From UHGV virus genome UHGV-1724231: a stretch of DNA of 20,096 bases; one strand, written 5' to 3'. This document shows positions 1 through 12,353 of the stretch, one piece after another. The stretch is from a virus. Below the pieces are notes generated by a model. The model was given only the letters and a program-made list of their open reading frames with translations, was not told the DNA's origin and searched no databases. Position 1 is the first letter of the stretch; every line of letters starts with the position of its first letter. Position numbers and translations under genes: made by a program.

Positions 1-105
1 TCTACAGTTAAAAAGAAAGGCTTTAATGCCCCTCTTGTGGAAACTGGAGATTTACGAGATAACCTTGCTTATAAAATTTCTACAAAGAAAGGTATTAAGA
101 AATGA
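1..105 (+). CDS. Partial CDS (C-terminal end; start lies upstream of window), hypothetical virion morphogenesis protein
   Basis: Frame open from base 1 to TGA at 103-105 (…GFNAPLVETGDLRDNLAYKISTKKGIKK*); stop overlaps ATG of next gene (ATGA), same coupled operon as the tail genes. Confidence 0.4.
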   Translation, partial: STVKKKGFNAPLVETGDLRDNLAYKISTKKGIKK

Positions 106-503
106 GGCTCTTGAACAGACACAGTTTTGTAGTTAAACGTAAGGTCTCTGAAGATGGTTATTACAATAACGATGGTGATTGGGTAGCTTCTCAGGATATT
201 GTAGCAATTAACTGCAAAGGTAATATTCAACCTTATATCAAGGGTTCTGTAAAGAATGGTACTCAGATTGTTTTACCTGAAGGTATCAGATTAACAGATA
301 CAAGAATCCTTTTCACTGTAGCTAAATTAAGAACGTCTGATGACGTTGATTGGACTGAATCTGACATTGTTATGATTGATGGACACGAATACGAAGTCTT
401 CATGACGATGGATTGGTCTGAACAATTAGCTCACACATCCCATTATGAATATATCATCATTAGAAGGGATAAGATGAATGCAGTTAGAAACAGCAGAACT
501 TGA
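102..503 (+). CDS. Hypothetical structural protein (putative neck / tail-completion protein)
   Basis: 133-aa ORF immediately upstream of the sheath gene, coupled to flanking genes; function inferred from position only. Confidence 0.45.
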   Translation: MRLLNRHSFVVKRKVSEDGYYNNDGDWVASQDIVAINCKGNIQPYIKGSVKNGTQIVLPEGIRLTDTRILFTVAKLRTSDDVDWTESDIVMIDGHEYEVFMTMDWSEQLAHTSHYEYIIIRRDKMNAVRNSRT

Positions 504-1077
504 AAAGGGGATTGTTAGAACTTTGGTAGATGTTATTGGTCACCGTTTAGCAAGAGATAAGAATAACAGACCAAACGTTATTAGGGCTTACCCTTCTGAC
601 AATTCTAATGACAAAGGTTTAAAACCTGACCAGCCATTTATTACGGTTTATTGTCAAGATGCTACCACTCCTTATGGATGGGTTCTTGATAAGTTTGTGG
701 AAGACGATGTAGTTTGTTACAGAATTGCTTTTCAGATTCCAGTATTAATTACCGTAAATGGTAAAGGTGCTCACAGTATTATGCTGGAGCTAAAACAAAG
801 ATTAGAGATGAGTACGACAAGAGATTTATTAGCTCAAGAGACAGGTGCTTCAGTACTTGACACAGGGGCTATCCCAAATGACTACACTTATCTCAACACA
901 GACTTTGAAAATTCTGCACCTCTTGTTGTAACCCTTGTAAAAAATTCAGTATTAAAAGATGAACATGGAAGTATTATTGAACATGTCATTGTGGATGGTG
1001 AATTGATTTACGAGGAAGGACAGGAGCCACCAGAATATACTATCCATCTAGATGTAGACTCCAAAGGGGTAAAATAA
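478..1077 (+). CDS. Hypothetical structural protein (putative tail terminator / sheath-associated protein)
   Basis: 199-aa ORF; GAAGGG Shine-Dalgarno-like motif upstream of ATG 478; ends 1 nt before sheath gene start; function by position. Confidence 0.45.
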   Translation: MQLETAELEKGIVRTLVDVIGHRLARDKNNRPNVIRAYPSDNSNDKGLKPDQPFITVYCQDATTPYGWVLDKFVEDDVVCYRIAFQIPVLITVNGKGAHSIMLELKQRLEMSTTRDLLAQETGASVLDTGAIPNDYTYLNTDFENSAPLVVTLVKNSVLKDEHGSIIEHVIVDGELIYEEGQEPPEYTIHLDVDSKGVK

Positions 1078-2430
1078 ATGTGGAATCCAATTGTTAATGT
1101 AGATATTACATTGAACACAGCAGGGACTACAAGAGAAGGTTTTGGTTTACCATTATTCCTTGCTTCAACAGATAACTTTGAAGAAAGAATCCGTGGTTAT
1201 ACTTCATTAACAGAAGTGGCTGAAGACTTTGATGAAAGTACTGCTGCATATAAAGCTGCAAAACAGCTATGGAGCCAAACTCCAAAAGTAACTCAACTGT
1301 ATATTGGTAGAAGAACTATGCAATATACCGTTTCTATTCCTGATACAGTTGCTGAAGGAAGTGAATATTCATTAACAGTTGCTATTGGTGGTGGTGTTTC
1401 TCAGCCATTCCAATACACTGCAAAAGAAAGTGACACAGCACTTATTGTCTTGAGTGAGTTTAAATCACAGATTGAAGCAAGCCCAACAATTAAAGATGGT
1501 GTGAATGTTAGTGTAACAGGTACTGGTGCTTCTGCGACGATGATTATTACTAAAGCTGGTGATAATGATTTCGTAAAAGTAACATCTATCACGGCTACAA
1601 CATCTATTGCAGCTACAACTGCTGACACAGCTTCCGCTGCTCTGGCGTCCATCGAAACTTATTCAACAGATTGGTACTTCATCTCAGCAGAAGACAGAAC
1701 TCAACAGTTTGTCTTGGCAATGGCTTCAGAGATTCAGGCTCGTAAGAAGATTTTCTTCCCAGCTAATGCTGACGTTAAAGCTTTGCAAGGAACTGAATTA
1801 ACCTCTGCAACCGATGTTCCGGCACAGTTAGCTAAAAATAAGTACACTCGTACAGTTTGCTTGTGGCATCACAAATCTGAGTATGACTACCCAGAAATGG
1901 CTTACATCGCATATGGAGCACCATATGATGCAGGTTCAATTGCTTGGGGTAATGCTCAATTAACTGGTGTTGCAGCATCTTTACAACCTGCTAACCAGAG
2001 ACCACTGACAAGTATTCAGAAGTCAGCTTTGGACACTCGTAACTGTAACTTCATTGACCTTGATGGTGGAGTTCCTGTAGTGCGTAGAGGTATCACTTCT
2101 GGTGGTGAATGGATTGATATTGTACGTGGTGTTGATTGGCTTGAATCTGATTTGAAAACATCTCTGAGAGACTTGCTAATTAACCAGAAGGGTGGTAAGA
2201 TTACTTATGATGATACTGGTATTACCCGTATTCGTCAAGTCATTGAAACCTCTCTACAAAGAGCAGTTAACAGAAACTTCCTGTCATCTTACACAGTTAA
2301 TGTTCCTAAAGCCTCTCAAGTTGCTTTGGCAGATAAGAAAGCTCGTATCCTGAAAGATGTTACCTTCGCAGGTATCTTAGCAGGAGCTATCTTGGATGTT
2401 GACTTGAAAGGTACAGTGGCTTACGAATAA
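1078..2430 (+). CDS. Tail sheath protein
   Basis: 450-aa ORF with AAGGGG RBS; canonical position sheath > tube > chaperone > tape measure; size and composition consistent with short myovirus sheath proteins. Confidence 0.65.
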   Translation: MWNPIVNVDITLNTAGTTREGFGLPLFLASTDNFEERIRGYTSLTEVAEDFDESTAAYKAAKQLWSQTPKVTQLYIGRRTMQYTVSIPDTVAEGSEYSLTVAIGGGVSQPFQYTAKESDTALIVLSEFKSQIEASPTIKDGVNVSVTGTGASATMIITKAGDNDFVKVTSITATTSIAATTADTASAALASIETYSTDWYFISAEDRTQQFVLAMASEIQARKKIFFPANADVKALQGTELTSATDVPAQLAKNKYTRTVCLWHHKSEYDYPEMAYIAYGAPYDAGSIAWGNAQLTGVAASLQPANQRPLTSIQKSALDTRNCNFIDLDGGVPVVRRGITSGGEWIDIVRGVDWLESDLKTSLRDLLINQKGGKITYDDTGITRIRQVIETSLQRAVNRNFLSSYTVNVPKASQVALADKKARILKDVTFAGILAGAILDVDLKGTVAYE

Positions 2431-2445
2431 TAGAGGTAAATTGGA

Positions 2446-2892
2446 ATGGCTATGTATCAGCAATATTCCCCTAAAGACGTTGTATGTAGCTGGAACGGCA
2501 TTGCTATTGAAGGCTTTGCCCCAGACTCATTCTTGCGTCTACAGAGAACTTCTCCACTTGTTACGCCAGTTGTAGGTGCAGGTGGTCAAGTAGCTCTGAC
2601 AAGAAATGCAGATAAGACAGGTACTATTGAGATTGAGCTAATGCAGACTTCTCTCTCTAACCAGATGCTTTCTGCAATTCAAGCTAAACAAGATGACATG
2701 GAACTTGAAGAAGATATCTCATCTAACTTTGTAATTTATGACCCATCTGGTTCAGTTCTGGCAACAGGTATTAATGCTTGGTTGCAAGAGCTTCCACAGA
2801 TTGAATTAGGTCGTGACCAGAACTCGAAAACTTGGATTTTCGGTTGTGAGAAGTTAGATTACACTTCAACAATCCCTGCATCAAACGTTTAA
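2446..2892 (+). CDS. Tail tube protein
   Basis: 148-aa ORF directly after sheath gene, followed by a strong terminator, as expected for the highly expressed sheath/tube pair. Confidence 0.6.
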   Translation: MAMYQQYSPKDVVCSWNGIAIEGFAPDSFLRLQRTSPLVTPVVGAGGQVALTRNADKTGTIEIELMQTSLSNQMLSAIQAKQDDMELEEDISSNFVIYDPSGSVLATGINAWLQELPQIELGRDQNSKTWIFGCEKLDYTSTIPASNV

Positions 2893-2904
2893 CAAATCCT
2901 AATA

Positions 2905-2943
2905 AGGGGGAGACTGTAAAAGGTCTTCCCCTTTTGTGTTTTT
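2905..2943 (+). terminator. Rho-independent terminator after sheath/tube genes
   Basis: GGGGGAGAC…GTCTTCCCC imperfect stem followed by TTTTGTGTTTTT run, directly 3' of the tube gene stop. Confidence 0.6.
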
Positions 2944-2968
2944 ATAGCATAACTTTTAAGGAATCACA

Positions 2969-3376
2969 ATGAAGACTGAAACAAAACATATTAATGGTAA
3001 GAAGGTGACAATTATCCTTCTTGGTGCAAGAGATGGTATCAAAATTTCTATGAAGCTTGGTAAGGTCGTTGTACCCACCTTTGCTCAGATGATTACCAGT
3101 CTTGCTGGTAAAGATGAGAATCCAGAAGCTCCTAAAGTTCCTTTCAAAGAACTGGTAGAAGCTTGCTTTGACAGAATTGATGAGTTAGATATTGACTCAA
3201 TGGCAGAATTACTATTTCAGGGGGCAACTGTTGATGACTTCCCACTGAAAATTGATAGTTACTTCCAAGCAAACTACGGTGAATTTATTGACTTCTTAGC
3301 CTTTGCTTTGGAGGCAAACTTCGGAAGTTTTTTCGAGGCAAGCATTTTCAAAAGCCTAACTTCTCAGGAAGCTTAA
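2969..3376 (+). CDS. Tail assembly chaperone (G-like, upstream frame)
   Basis: 135-aa acidic ORF between tube and tape measure genes; contains in-frame T_TTT_TTC slippery heptamer near its 3' end. Confidence 0.6.
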   Translation: MKTETKHINGKKVTIILLGARDGIKISMKLGKVVVPTFAQMITSLAGKDENPEAPKVPFKELVEACFDRIDELDIDSMAELLFQGATVDDFPLKIDSYFQANYGEFIDFLAFALEANFGSFFEASIFKSLTSQEA

Positions 3377-3612
3377 AGTATGTTATGCAGACCCCGCTGA
3401 CTGACGGGGCTGTAGAATCAACTTATGAAGAAGCAGATGAGATGAAATTTGTGCTTGCCATTTATGGAATGGAAGGGTGTAAAGAAACACTCGACCAACT
3501 TTTCTCAATGACTTTCGTTGACCTATTATCTCTTCGTCAATATCTGGAAATCCAGAAGTCATACAAAGAAGAAATGGCCTATAACGAACTCAGAAAGGCA
3601 GGTAAAATTTAA
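3328..3612 (+). CDS. Tail assembly chaperone -1 frameshift extension (GT-like product; listed ORF 3385..3612)
   Basis: -1 frame is open from the slippery site at 3328-3334 through the 75-aa ORF to TAA at 3610-3612, which overlaps the ATG of the tape measure gene. Confidence 0.5.
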   Translation, partial: FFRGKHFQKPNFSGSLKYVMQTPLTDGAVESTYEEADEMKFVLAIYGMEGCKETLDQLFSMTFVDLLSLRQYLEIQKSYKEEMAYNELRKAGKI

Positions 3613-5846
3613 TGGCACAGTATACAGTTGATAGTTTTATTGTGGAACTTGGATTCAGTGAAAAGGTTGTAAAAGGTTTACAGAGAGTTGAAAAGATGGC
3701 TATGCAATCTGCTCAACGCATCGAAAGAAACATTAACAAAGCCTTTGACGTGAAGCCTAATAAAAGTTCTCAAGAAGCTCTAAACAGACTTGTTAAAAAC
3801 GCTCAGACTGCTTCGGGCAGAATCAATAAATCCCTAAACAACGCTCTCAATTTAGATTCTCAAGGTGTTAAATCTCTACGTAAATTAGAGACACAAGGGA
3901 AGAAGACAGCCAAAGAAATTAATAAGGCTCTAAGACAAGCTATGAACGTTGACGGTAAAGTTAATATTCGTGGTGGTGCTGGTAGAGGTCGTGGGAATAC
4001 CGTTCCCCCAATGGGTGGAGGTTCACCAAGAGTTAGACCTGATATTGCTCAGAGACAAATGGAAAGGATGTTTAATAACAACTTCTACTCTGGTCTTACT
4101 CGTCGTCTTGAAACTATTGGTGGACAGGGTAACCAAATGGCTGCTTCTTTCAGAGGCAACTTGCAAGGAATCTATAACAAGTATAAAGGGAGTGGTAAGG
4201 TTGGTGAATATGAGATGGAAGTTAAAAAACTCATTGACACAACCAAACGTTGGGTTATTGCAGAAAATGCTAGAATCAAGGCAGTCAAAGAATCAGCTTG
4301 GCTACAGGATAGAGCAAACTCTTCACTAAGACAGTTAATTGGTGGTTTTGTTTCTGCCTATGCTTTGTTAGAATTAGCTCAGAAGACCATTGATGCAGGT
4401 GTTAAAAGACAGTCTGCACAGTTAGCCTCTACAGCTATCTTTGGAGCAGATACACAGCAAGCTAGAATGTTCGCTGCTACATTCTCTCACCAGATTGGTC
4501 AGAACTACACAGACACTATGAAGCAGTACTCAAACTTTGCTGCTGGTGCTCAACCTGCACTTGGTTTCAAAGGTACTCAGGAGTTCTATAAGAACGCTGC
4601 AATGTTCTCTCGTATTAGAGGGGCATCTGATGAAGACTTGAAAGGTATCATGGTTGCTTTCCAGCAAATGGCATCTAAGGGTAAAGTTCAGGCTGAAGAA
4701 CTTCGTGGTCAGTTAGGTGACCGTTTGGCAGGTGCTGTTCAGTTGTTCTCTGATGCTATTGGTAAGACTCCACAAGAACTTGATAAGTTGATGCAGGATG
4801 GTAAGCTACTTGCTAAAGACGTTCTTCCAAAAGTCTCTGAGAAGATGAGAGAATTGGTTGACGCAGCAGGTGGTATGAATGCTGTATCTAAGCAGACTGC
4901 TACATCAATGGGTCAAGCAAAAGCTATGTGGGATAACACCTTAGTGGCTCTCTTCAACAACTCTAGTGATGGTATCTCACAGTTGTCTAACTCCGTTGCA
5001 ATGTTCTTGCAAGGTTCCCTTGGGACTACTGAAGCTCTTGGTACTGGTATTGGCTACCTGTTAAAAGGTGCTAGTAACCTTCTGGACTTCATCACAGATA
5101 TCATGTATCGAATCTCTGGACTGTACTACCTAGCAATGGGATATTACAGTGATTTAGGTGCAAGTCAACAGAAACTTATCAAGGAATCTGCTGAGTTAGT
5201 TGCAACGTTTACTGCTATCGGTGTTGCAATTGCAGCTATCACGAAAGTTGCTAAAATCTTCGGTGGTACTGTAGCATTTGTCAAGAGTATTTTTGAAGAA
5301 GGTATCTTGGCTAAGATTGCTCAAAAGCTTGGTCTGACAACCGCAGCAGAGACAGTAGCTACAACGGCTGGTGTAACAGGAACTAGAATGGCTCTTGGTG
5401 TAGGTGGTTCTGCACTTATGCTTTCAAGTTCGGCTGACCCAAATGCTGGGAAGAGATTTAGTGATGTTAATACACCAAACCCTTTCAACGAAGCTATTGC
5501 TGGGGTTACCAATGCTAAACGTCCGATGTTCTTTGACCAAAATGGACAGTTGAGGTTCGCACAATATACCACTGACACTTCTGGAAATATTCAGAGAGTG
5601 GATAATGGATTGTCAAATTGGGATATCATCATGAACAACCTGTCTGAGTCTTTAAACAACTTTGCAACTAAGTTTAACCAGACACCAATGATGATGAGTC
5701 CGTCTGGATTCCCATTACAAACTAAGCAGACGCTTAATGTTTCCTTTAATCTGGATGGTAAGCAGATTGCTAATAAAATGGTGGATATCACTAATAAGAG
5801 TCAGGAAGATATTCTGTTAAGTTCTAGCTACCCAGAGGATGAATAA
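3612..5846 (+). CDS. Tail tape measure protein
   Basis: 744-aa ORF, largest in the tail module, Ala/Gln/Lys-rich with Gly-rich segment ([17 protein letters not shown]) and hydrophobic C-terminal segments; immediately after the chaperone pair. Confidence 0.75.
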   Translation: MAQYTVDSFIVELGFSEKVVKGLQRVEKMAMQSAQRIERNINKAFDVKPNKSSQEALNRLVKNAQTASGRINKSLNNALNLDSQGVKSLRKLETQGKKTAKEINKALRQAMNVDGKVNIRGGAGRGRGNTVPPMGGGSPRVRPDIAQRQMERMFNNNFYSGLTRRLETIGGQGNQMAASFRGNLQGIYNKYKGSGKVGEYEMEVKKLIDTTKRWVIAENARIKAVKESAWLQDRANSSLRQLIGGFVSAYALLELAQKTIDAGVKRQSAQLASTAIFGADTQQARMFAATFSHQIGQNYTDTMKQYSNFAAGAQPALGFKGTQEFYKNAAMFSRIRGASDEDLKGIMVAFQQMASKGKVQAEELRGQLGDRLAGAVQLFSDAIGKTPQELDKLMQDGKLLAKDVLPKVSEKMRELVDAAGGMNAVSKQTATSMGQAKAMWDNTLVALFNNSSDGISQLSNSVAMFLQGSLGTTEALGTGIGYLLKGASNLLDFITDIMYRISGLYYLAMGYYSDLGASQQKLIKESAELVATFTAIGVAIAAITKVAKIFGGTVAFVKSIFEEGILAKIAQKLGLTTAAETVATTAGVTGTRMALGVGGSALMLSSSADPNAGKRFSDVNTPNPFNEAIAGVTNAKRPMFFDQNGQLRFAQYTTDTSGNIQRVDNGLSNWDIIMNNLSESLNNFATKFNQTPMMMSPSGFPLQTKQTLNVSFNLDGKQIANKMVDITNKSQEDILLSSSYPEDE

Positions 5847-6651
5847 TGTTATGGGATAACAACATGCAAATCAAGTATTCTGGAAAGGATGGTATTTATT
5901 TCCATCTGAGGGATAATGTAGATGCTTTCCTTACACTATCTGCAACAGAAAACATGGAGTATGACTCACCTATGTTGGTGACAACTCAATCGGTTCAAAG
6001 TGGTCAAACAGTCACAGATAACGTACAGCGTTCTCCAAAGACTATTTCCATTAGTGGTGTTGTTGTAGTGGGCTACGAAGGTAGCCTTCTATTAACTCGT
6101 CAAGGTCAACTTGTAGAGAACTTCATTAGCACAGTTGAAACGTGGAGAGACCAGAAACAGATTATTTCAATTGTCTGTAAAGATGGTATCAAGATTGATG
6201 ATTCTATTATTACACAGTTTAAAGCTTCGAAGGAACATACAATTGCTAATGGTCTTCGTATTCAGATGACCTTTCAAGAAATTAACTTTAAAGCTGTAGT
6301 TGGGACAACTGATGTTTCTGCTGCAACTGGTAAAACATCGACGACAAAAGATGATGGAGTTACTTCTAAGAAGAATACAGGTAACACTACAACATCTATT
6401 GGAAATGGTAAACTGAACTGTCAACTATTATATGACTTGCGAGCTAACGGAGTAAGACCACTTTCTAGTGCAGAACAGAAAGCTTTAGGTAATTGCGGTC
6501 TTTCTGCAAACACTAGTAAAGGTGTTACATCATTTAGTGATAAAGCTAACGCTGATGCTGCAAGTGCAATTAGGCAGTCTCAACTTACTGCTGGTGAAGG
6601 TAATGCACTTAAGACTCATTCTGTAAACCCTAACAAAAAAGGAACTTACTA

Positions 6652-6652
<1 letters not shown>
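5846..6652 (+). CDS. Baseplate / distal tail protein, hypothetical
   Basis: 268-aa ORF coupled to the tape measure stop (TAATG); Ser/Thr/Gly/Asn-rich C-terminal third; function by position. Confidence 0.45.
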
Positions 6653-8607
<1,955 letters not shown>

Positions 8608-8608
<1 letters not shown>

Positions 8609-9024
8609 TGAAGACAGATTTTGCAATTAATCTTGGTGGAGACTACGTAGCAAAAATGGGTAATGACTCTGTATACGTAGCTCACGGAGATTTAAAAATT
8701 ACGGGTAATCAAATTAGAATTATCCCAGAAGATGATAAAGCTACACAGGTAGCACAGAGATTACATATTAGGTGTCTTCTAAGGGCTGGAGAAGTATTCT
8801 TTAATACCTCTGCTGGGTTCCCTTATTTGCAGCTTGCTAAGTTTAAACAGAAGACCTATATTTTTGATAATTATATGAAAGGTTACCTTGTTGAAACGAG
8901 AGATGTAACAAACATCTACAACTACTCTTCAACAATGGACAATGCAATGAGAAAAGTGTCAGTCAGATTTAATGCAACGACAACTGCTGACAATGTTGAA
9001 ATTAATACAGAGGTAAACATTTAA
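8608..9024 (+). CDS. Baseplate wedge protein (gp25 / GPW-like)
   Basis: 138-aa ORF immediately preceding the large baseplate-J-like gene, the typical W-J arrangement. Confidence 0.5.
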
Positions 9025-10493
9025 TGGCTGGATTAACAAATACAGGTTTACAAACAAAAAGATATCAAGAAATCTTGGATGATGTTAAAGCAAGTCTGTA
9101 TAGAGATATCTCACCAAACCTTGATGTTTCTGAAGATAGCGAACTTGGGTTATTCTTAGCTTCTGTTTGCCGAGGTCTTGCAGACGTTCATGAAATCTTG
9201 TCAGAAATCTATGATGGTGGTACTATTGACAAAGCTGAAGGATTCAGTTTAGATGATGTAACAGCTTTGAATGCTGTATACAGATATGTGGCACAGGCTA
9301 CAAGAGGTCAAGCTGAGTTCACTGGTAATTCTGGTGCTCCTGTACCAGCCACTACAAGATTAAGAAGCACAGCAGGTAACATCTTTTACCCTGTGTCAAC
9401 TTTCACACTGACTCCATCTTATTGTGTAGAGGCAAACTTAGAAGTTAACTCTTTACGAACAGATGCAAACTATGTCATTATCATTGACAACATTGAGTAT
9501 TCATATCAGCCGACTAGCTCTGACACCATTACAACATTGCTACAGAAACTTGCAGACTCTATCAATGGTGGTATTGTTGCAAAGGCTGAAGTTATTAATG
9601 ATGGTTCAGTGCTAAGAATTTATAAAGACACTGGAGATATCATTGCCAGAACTAACCCTATGGTTGTGACTGCAACGACATTCTTAACATTTACAAAGAT
9701 TACCTCAATCAGTGACGTTGTAGCAGATGAAACTGGAGCTATCCAGACTCTGGCAGGAACCTTGATTGAGATTGAAACAACTGTAGATGGTCTTGACAGT
9801 GTTTTCAACAGATATGACTTGACAACTGGTCGTGATGAGGAAACTGACACAGAACTGAGACAACGTTACTTAGAATCTTTGGCTGTTACTGGTGTGGGTA
9901 CTCTGGATGCTATTGTAGCTGCTGTAAAGAGAGTTCAAGGTGTGTCTGACGCTTCTGGTGTAGAGAATGACACTGAGACAACAAACTCTGATGGTCTTCC
10001 TCCGAAGTCTTTTAAGATTGTTGTAGTTGGTGGTCAGAATGATAATATTGCACAGGCAATCTGGGACACGAAACCTGCTGGTATTCGCCCATTTGGTTCA
10101 ATCTTTGGGACTGCATATGACTTAGGTTCTCTCCCTCATGATGTTTACTTTAGCAGACCAATGCCTAAATATGTTTTTGTCAAGGTTGCTTACTCTCTTT
10201 ACGATGAAGAAACTCTTAACATCCCTGAACAGGATATTCACGACAGGATTGTTCAAGGCATTAATGCCTATGGTAGAACATTGAAAGTGGGTAATGATGT
10301 AATCCCTAATAGAATCTATGGACATATCTATGATGTGATTCAAGGTATTGAAATTAATGAGATTAAGGTTGCACTCTCAAATAACCAAGCAATCCCACCT
10401 GCTGAGGGCCAGTACACTACTTCAAGAATCATTATTGATGGTGACCAGTACACTGTTTGGGAAAGCTCACAGTATACAATTGCCAAGGAGTAA
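9024..10493 (+). CDS. Baseplate wedge protein (baseplate J / gp6-like)
   Basis: 489-aa ORF following the gp25-like gene and preceding the fibre-attachment and fibre genes. Confidence 0.6.
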   Translation: MAGLTNTGLQTKRYQEILDDVKASLYRDISPNLDVSEDSELGLFLASVCRGLADVHEILSEIYDGGTIDKAEGFSLDDVTALNAVYRYVAQATRGQAEFTGNSGAPVPATTRLRSTAGNIFYPVSTFTLTPSYCVEANLEVNSLRTDANYVIIIDNIEYSYQPTSSDTITTLLQKLADSINGGIVAKAEVINDGSVLRIYKDTGDIIARTNPMVVTATTFLTFTKITSISDVVADETGAIQTLAGTLIEIETTVDGLDSVFNRYDLTTGRDEETDTELRQRYLESLAVTGVGTLDAIVAAVKRVQGVSDASGVENDTETTNSDGLPPKSFKIVVVGGQNDNIAQAIWDTKPAGIRPFGSIFGTAYDLGSLPHDVYFSRPMPKYVFVKVAYSLYDEETLNIPEQDIHDRIVQGINAYGRTLKVGNDVIPNRIYGHIYDVIQGIEINEIKVALSNNQAIPPAEGQYTTSRIIIDGDQYTVWESSQYTIAKE

Positions 10494-10495
10494 CA

Positions 10496-11353
10496 ATGTT
10501 TAAAAAGATTGAAAACTTTTATGAGAAAACATTGGACGAAAGAACTGTAACTCAATTCAAAGACAAGTTTATCTACACAAGCCTATTGAAATCTATCACA
10601 GATGAGTTACAATTATTAGAGGATATTAGTAATCAGTTATATACTGAAAGGAATATTCGTGTAGGTGTTGGCACACAACTTGATAACATCGGGGCTTTAA
10701 TTAAAGTCCCTAGACCTATTGGTGCTGATGATGACACTTACAGAGCTATCCTCTACATTCAAATTTTCTTAAGACGTTCTGACACTACACCAAGCTTTTT
10801 ACAAAAAGCTGTCATGACTCTTTACGATGCCTCATTCAGCCAGATTTTTGAGCATATTACGCCAAAGACTGGTGGGATTGTTGTCCGTGTAAACACTCGT
10901 AATAATGTGTTAGATACAGCATACACGCTTTCTAAGATTGCTGCAACAACTATTGGTTCAGCAGTTATCCTTAGAGATGTTACCTTAAATGGTACTGCTT
11001 GGACTCCTGTAGAGGTTGCTGATTCATCTCTGGCAATCACTGATGAGAGCAACAACTGGTTCGTAACCAACACTAACAAGGGTCTAATTACGAACAACAC
11101 AGGTGGCTCCCTAGAAGCAAATAAATTAGGTAGTTTTGCAGATGCAGGTGTAAGAGATGGTTATGTCAGAGTTGATAAAACTGGTGGCAGTGCCAGTAAA
11201 GATTATTTAAAAGTCAGCAAAACAAACAATAGCAACGACTATTTTATTGCTGGTAAAGAAACAGTAGCGGGTGGTGATTATGGGGTTATGGCAGAAGTCG
11301 CCCAAATCGTCAAAGGCAGAAAAGATAAATCTCAACAAGAAGGAAGTTCATAA
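10496..11353 (+). CDS. Baseplate wedge / tail-fibre attachment protein (gpI-like)
   Basis: ORF track starts at 10457, but ATG at 10496 has a perfect AAGGAG RBS 7 nt upstream and lies just after the upstream stop (10491-10493), so 10496 is the likelier start. Confidence 0.5.
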   Translation: MFKKIENFYEKTLDERTVTQFKDKFIYTSLLKSITDELQLLEDISNQLYTERNIRVGVGTQLDNIGALIKVPRPIGADDDTYRAILYIQIFLRRSDTTPSFLQKAVMTLYDASFSQIFEHITPKTGGIVVRVNTRNNVLDTAYTLSKIAATTIGSAVILRDVTLNGTAWTPVEVADSSLAITDESNNWFVTNTNKGLITNNTGGSLEANKLGSFADAGVRDGYVRVDKTGGSASKDYLKVSKTNNSNDYFIAGKETVAGGDYGVMAEVAQIVKGRKDKSQQEGSS

Positions 11354-11652
11354 TGTCTCTTTCATGGTCTACAGACACAGTGGATGCTGATGGTAACCAG
11401 CTTAAAGTTTTACCACCTCCAGAAATTCAAGCCACTGGCCTATTAAGGGGTGAGCCTATGGGTCGTCAGTGGTTCAACTATATTATCAACTATTTGCTTA
11501 ATAAAGTAAATGGTACTGTTGGAGAGGTTCGTTCATTTGCTACGGAGCAACCTGATTTAGTTGCCAATGGTTGGGAATTAATTGACACAGTAACAGGGAC
11601 TGCACACACCAGCACTACTAACCTTTACACATATGAATATAAAGGGAGCTAA
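11353..11652 (+). CDS. Hypothetical tail-fibre-associated protein
   Basis: 99-aa ORF, TAATG coupling, immediately upstream of the first fibre gene. Confidence 0.4.
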   Translation: MSLSWSTDTVDADGNQLKVLPPPEIQATGLLRGEPMGRQWFNYIINYLLNKVNGTVGEVRSFATEQPDLVANGWELIDTVTGTAHTSTTNLYTYEYKGS

Positions 11653-11654
11653 TA

Positions 11655-12353
11655 ATGGCAGTCGGTGAAATTCAAATTAGTGCATTACCTCAAGCCTCAT
11701 TACCTATTGATTTAAGTGATATCTTTCACCTTAAGCAAGGTATTGAGGATAGGCGATGCACACTTGAGCAATTACTTGCTCCACACGCATCTTTGAGAAA
11801 TAACCCACACGGTGTTACAAAGGTTCACGTAGACCTTGGGAATGTTGTTAACGCACTCCAATTGGTGGCTGCTAATAACTTGTCAGATGTGGTCAGTGTT
11901 GAAGAGGCTAGACAGAATCTTAATATTCTATCAAGTGATGAAGTCAATACTCTTATCCAGAACCACATTAATGACAAGAATAATCCTCACAACACCAACA
12001 AGATTCAAGTAGGTTTGTCTAATATCCAAAACTGGACATATTCAAACTCTTATTCTGAAGATGCTGATAAGTATGCTACTGCAAAAGCTGTGAATGCTTT
12101 ATATAGAGCTATTCAGGATAGCTATCCAATTGGTACTATTCATTTATCAGTTAACCCTGCGAACCCAACTACATATTTACTTTGTGGTGGTACTTGGGAG
12201 TTAGTTTCTAAAGGAAGGTCTCTTGTTGGTTATGACACAGATACAAGACCTGTAGAATCAGTATTTGGTTCTGCTACTGCAACACTTACACAAAATAACA
12301 TTCCAAGTCACACACACTCTGTGTTGCTGGGCACTCTCATAATGCAACAGTAG
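11655..12353 (+). CDS. Tail fibre protein, N-terminal and shaft part (frame interrupted near 12320)
   Basis: AAAGGGAG RBS; two copies of the NNPH-x-TK-x-V-LxN fibre repeat motif; ends IPSHTHS… then TAG, while homology continues in the -1 frame. Confidence 0.6.
   Translation: MAVGEIQISALPQASLPIDLSDIFHLKQGIEDRRCTLEQLLAPHASLRNNPHGVTKVHVDLGNVVNALQLVAANNLSDVVSVEEARQNLNILSSDEVNTLIQNHINDKNNPHNTNKIQVGLSNIQNWTYSNSYSEDADKYATAKAVNALYRAIQDSYPIGTIHLSVNPANPTTYLLCGGTWELVSKGRSLVGYDTDTRPVESVFGSATATLTQNNIPSHTHSVLLGTLIMQQ

Noticed and set aside
1401-1652. Antisense and alternative-frame ORFs of 60-130 aa lying inside the long + strand structural genes (e.g. 1401..1652 -, 1607..1801 +, 3949..4329 +, 5321..5578 -, 5591..5791 -, 6167..6424 -, 6954..7163 -, 7414..7602 +, 7626..7886 -, 8065..8337 -, 9620..9850 -, 10122..10343 -, 10340..10555 -, 10822..11100 -, 12985..13194 -, 13213..13530 -, 13488..13697 +, 13947..14144 +, 14157..14345 -, 14393..14593 -, 14804..15145 -, 14808..14999 +)
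   Set aside because: Each is fully embedded in a longer, coupled ORF with good RBS and coherent operon structure; their odd, low-complexity or Cys/Leu-rich translations are typical of non-coding frames in AT-rich DNA.
3389-3413. Hairpin CCCCG-ctgactga-CGGGG as a frameshift-stimulating structure
   Set aside because: It lies about 55 nt downstream of the slippery heptamer, too far for a canonical stimulatory stem-loop or pseudoknot (usually 5-9 nt spacer); probably incidental.
10457-10495. Upstream start (10457) of the 298-aa baseplate ORF giving a 37-nt overlap with the preceding gene
   Set aside because: ATG at 10496 has a perfect AAGGAG RBS and lies immediately after the upstream stop; the 13 extra codons are probably not translated.
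12309-12317. CACACACAC dinucleotide run as a phase-variation switch for the fibre gene
   Set aside because: Removing one CA unit would restore a continuous frame, but 4.5 units is short for efficient slipped-strand mispairing and the homology-based break point maps a few bases downstream (about 12320-12326); kept only as a minor possibility under the frameshift finding.
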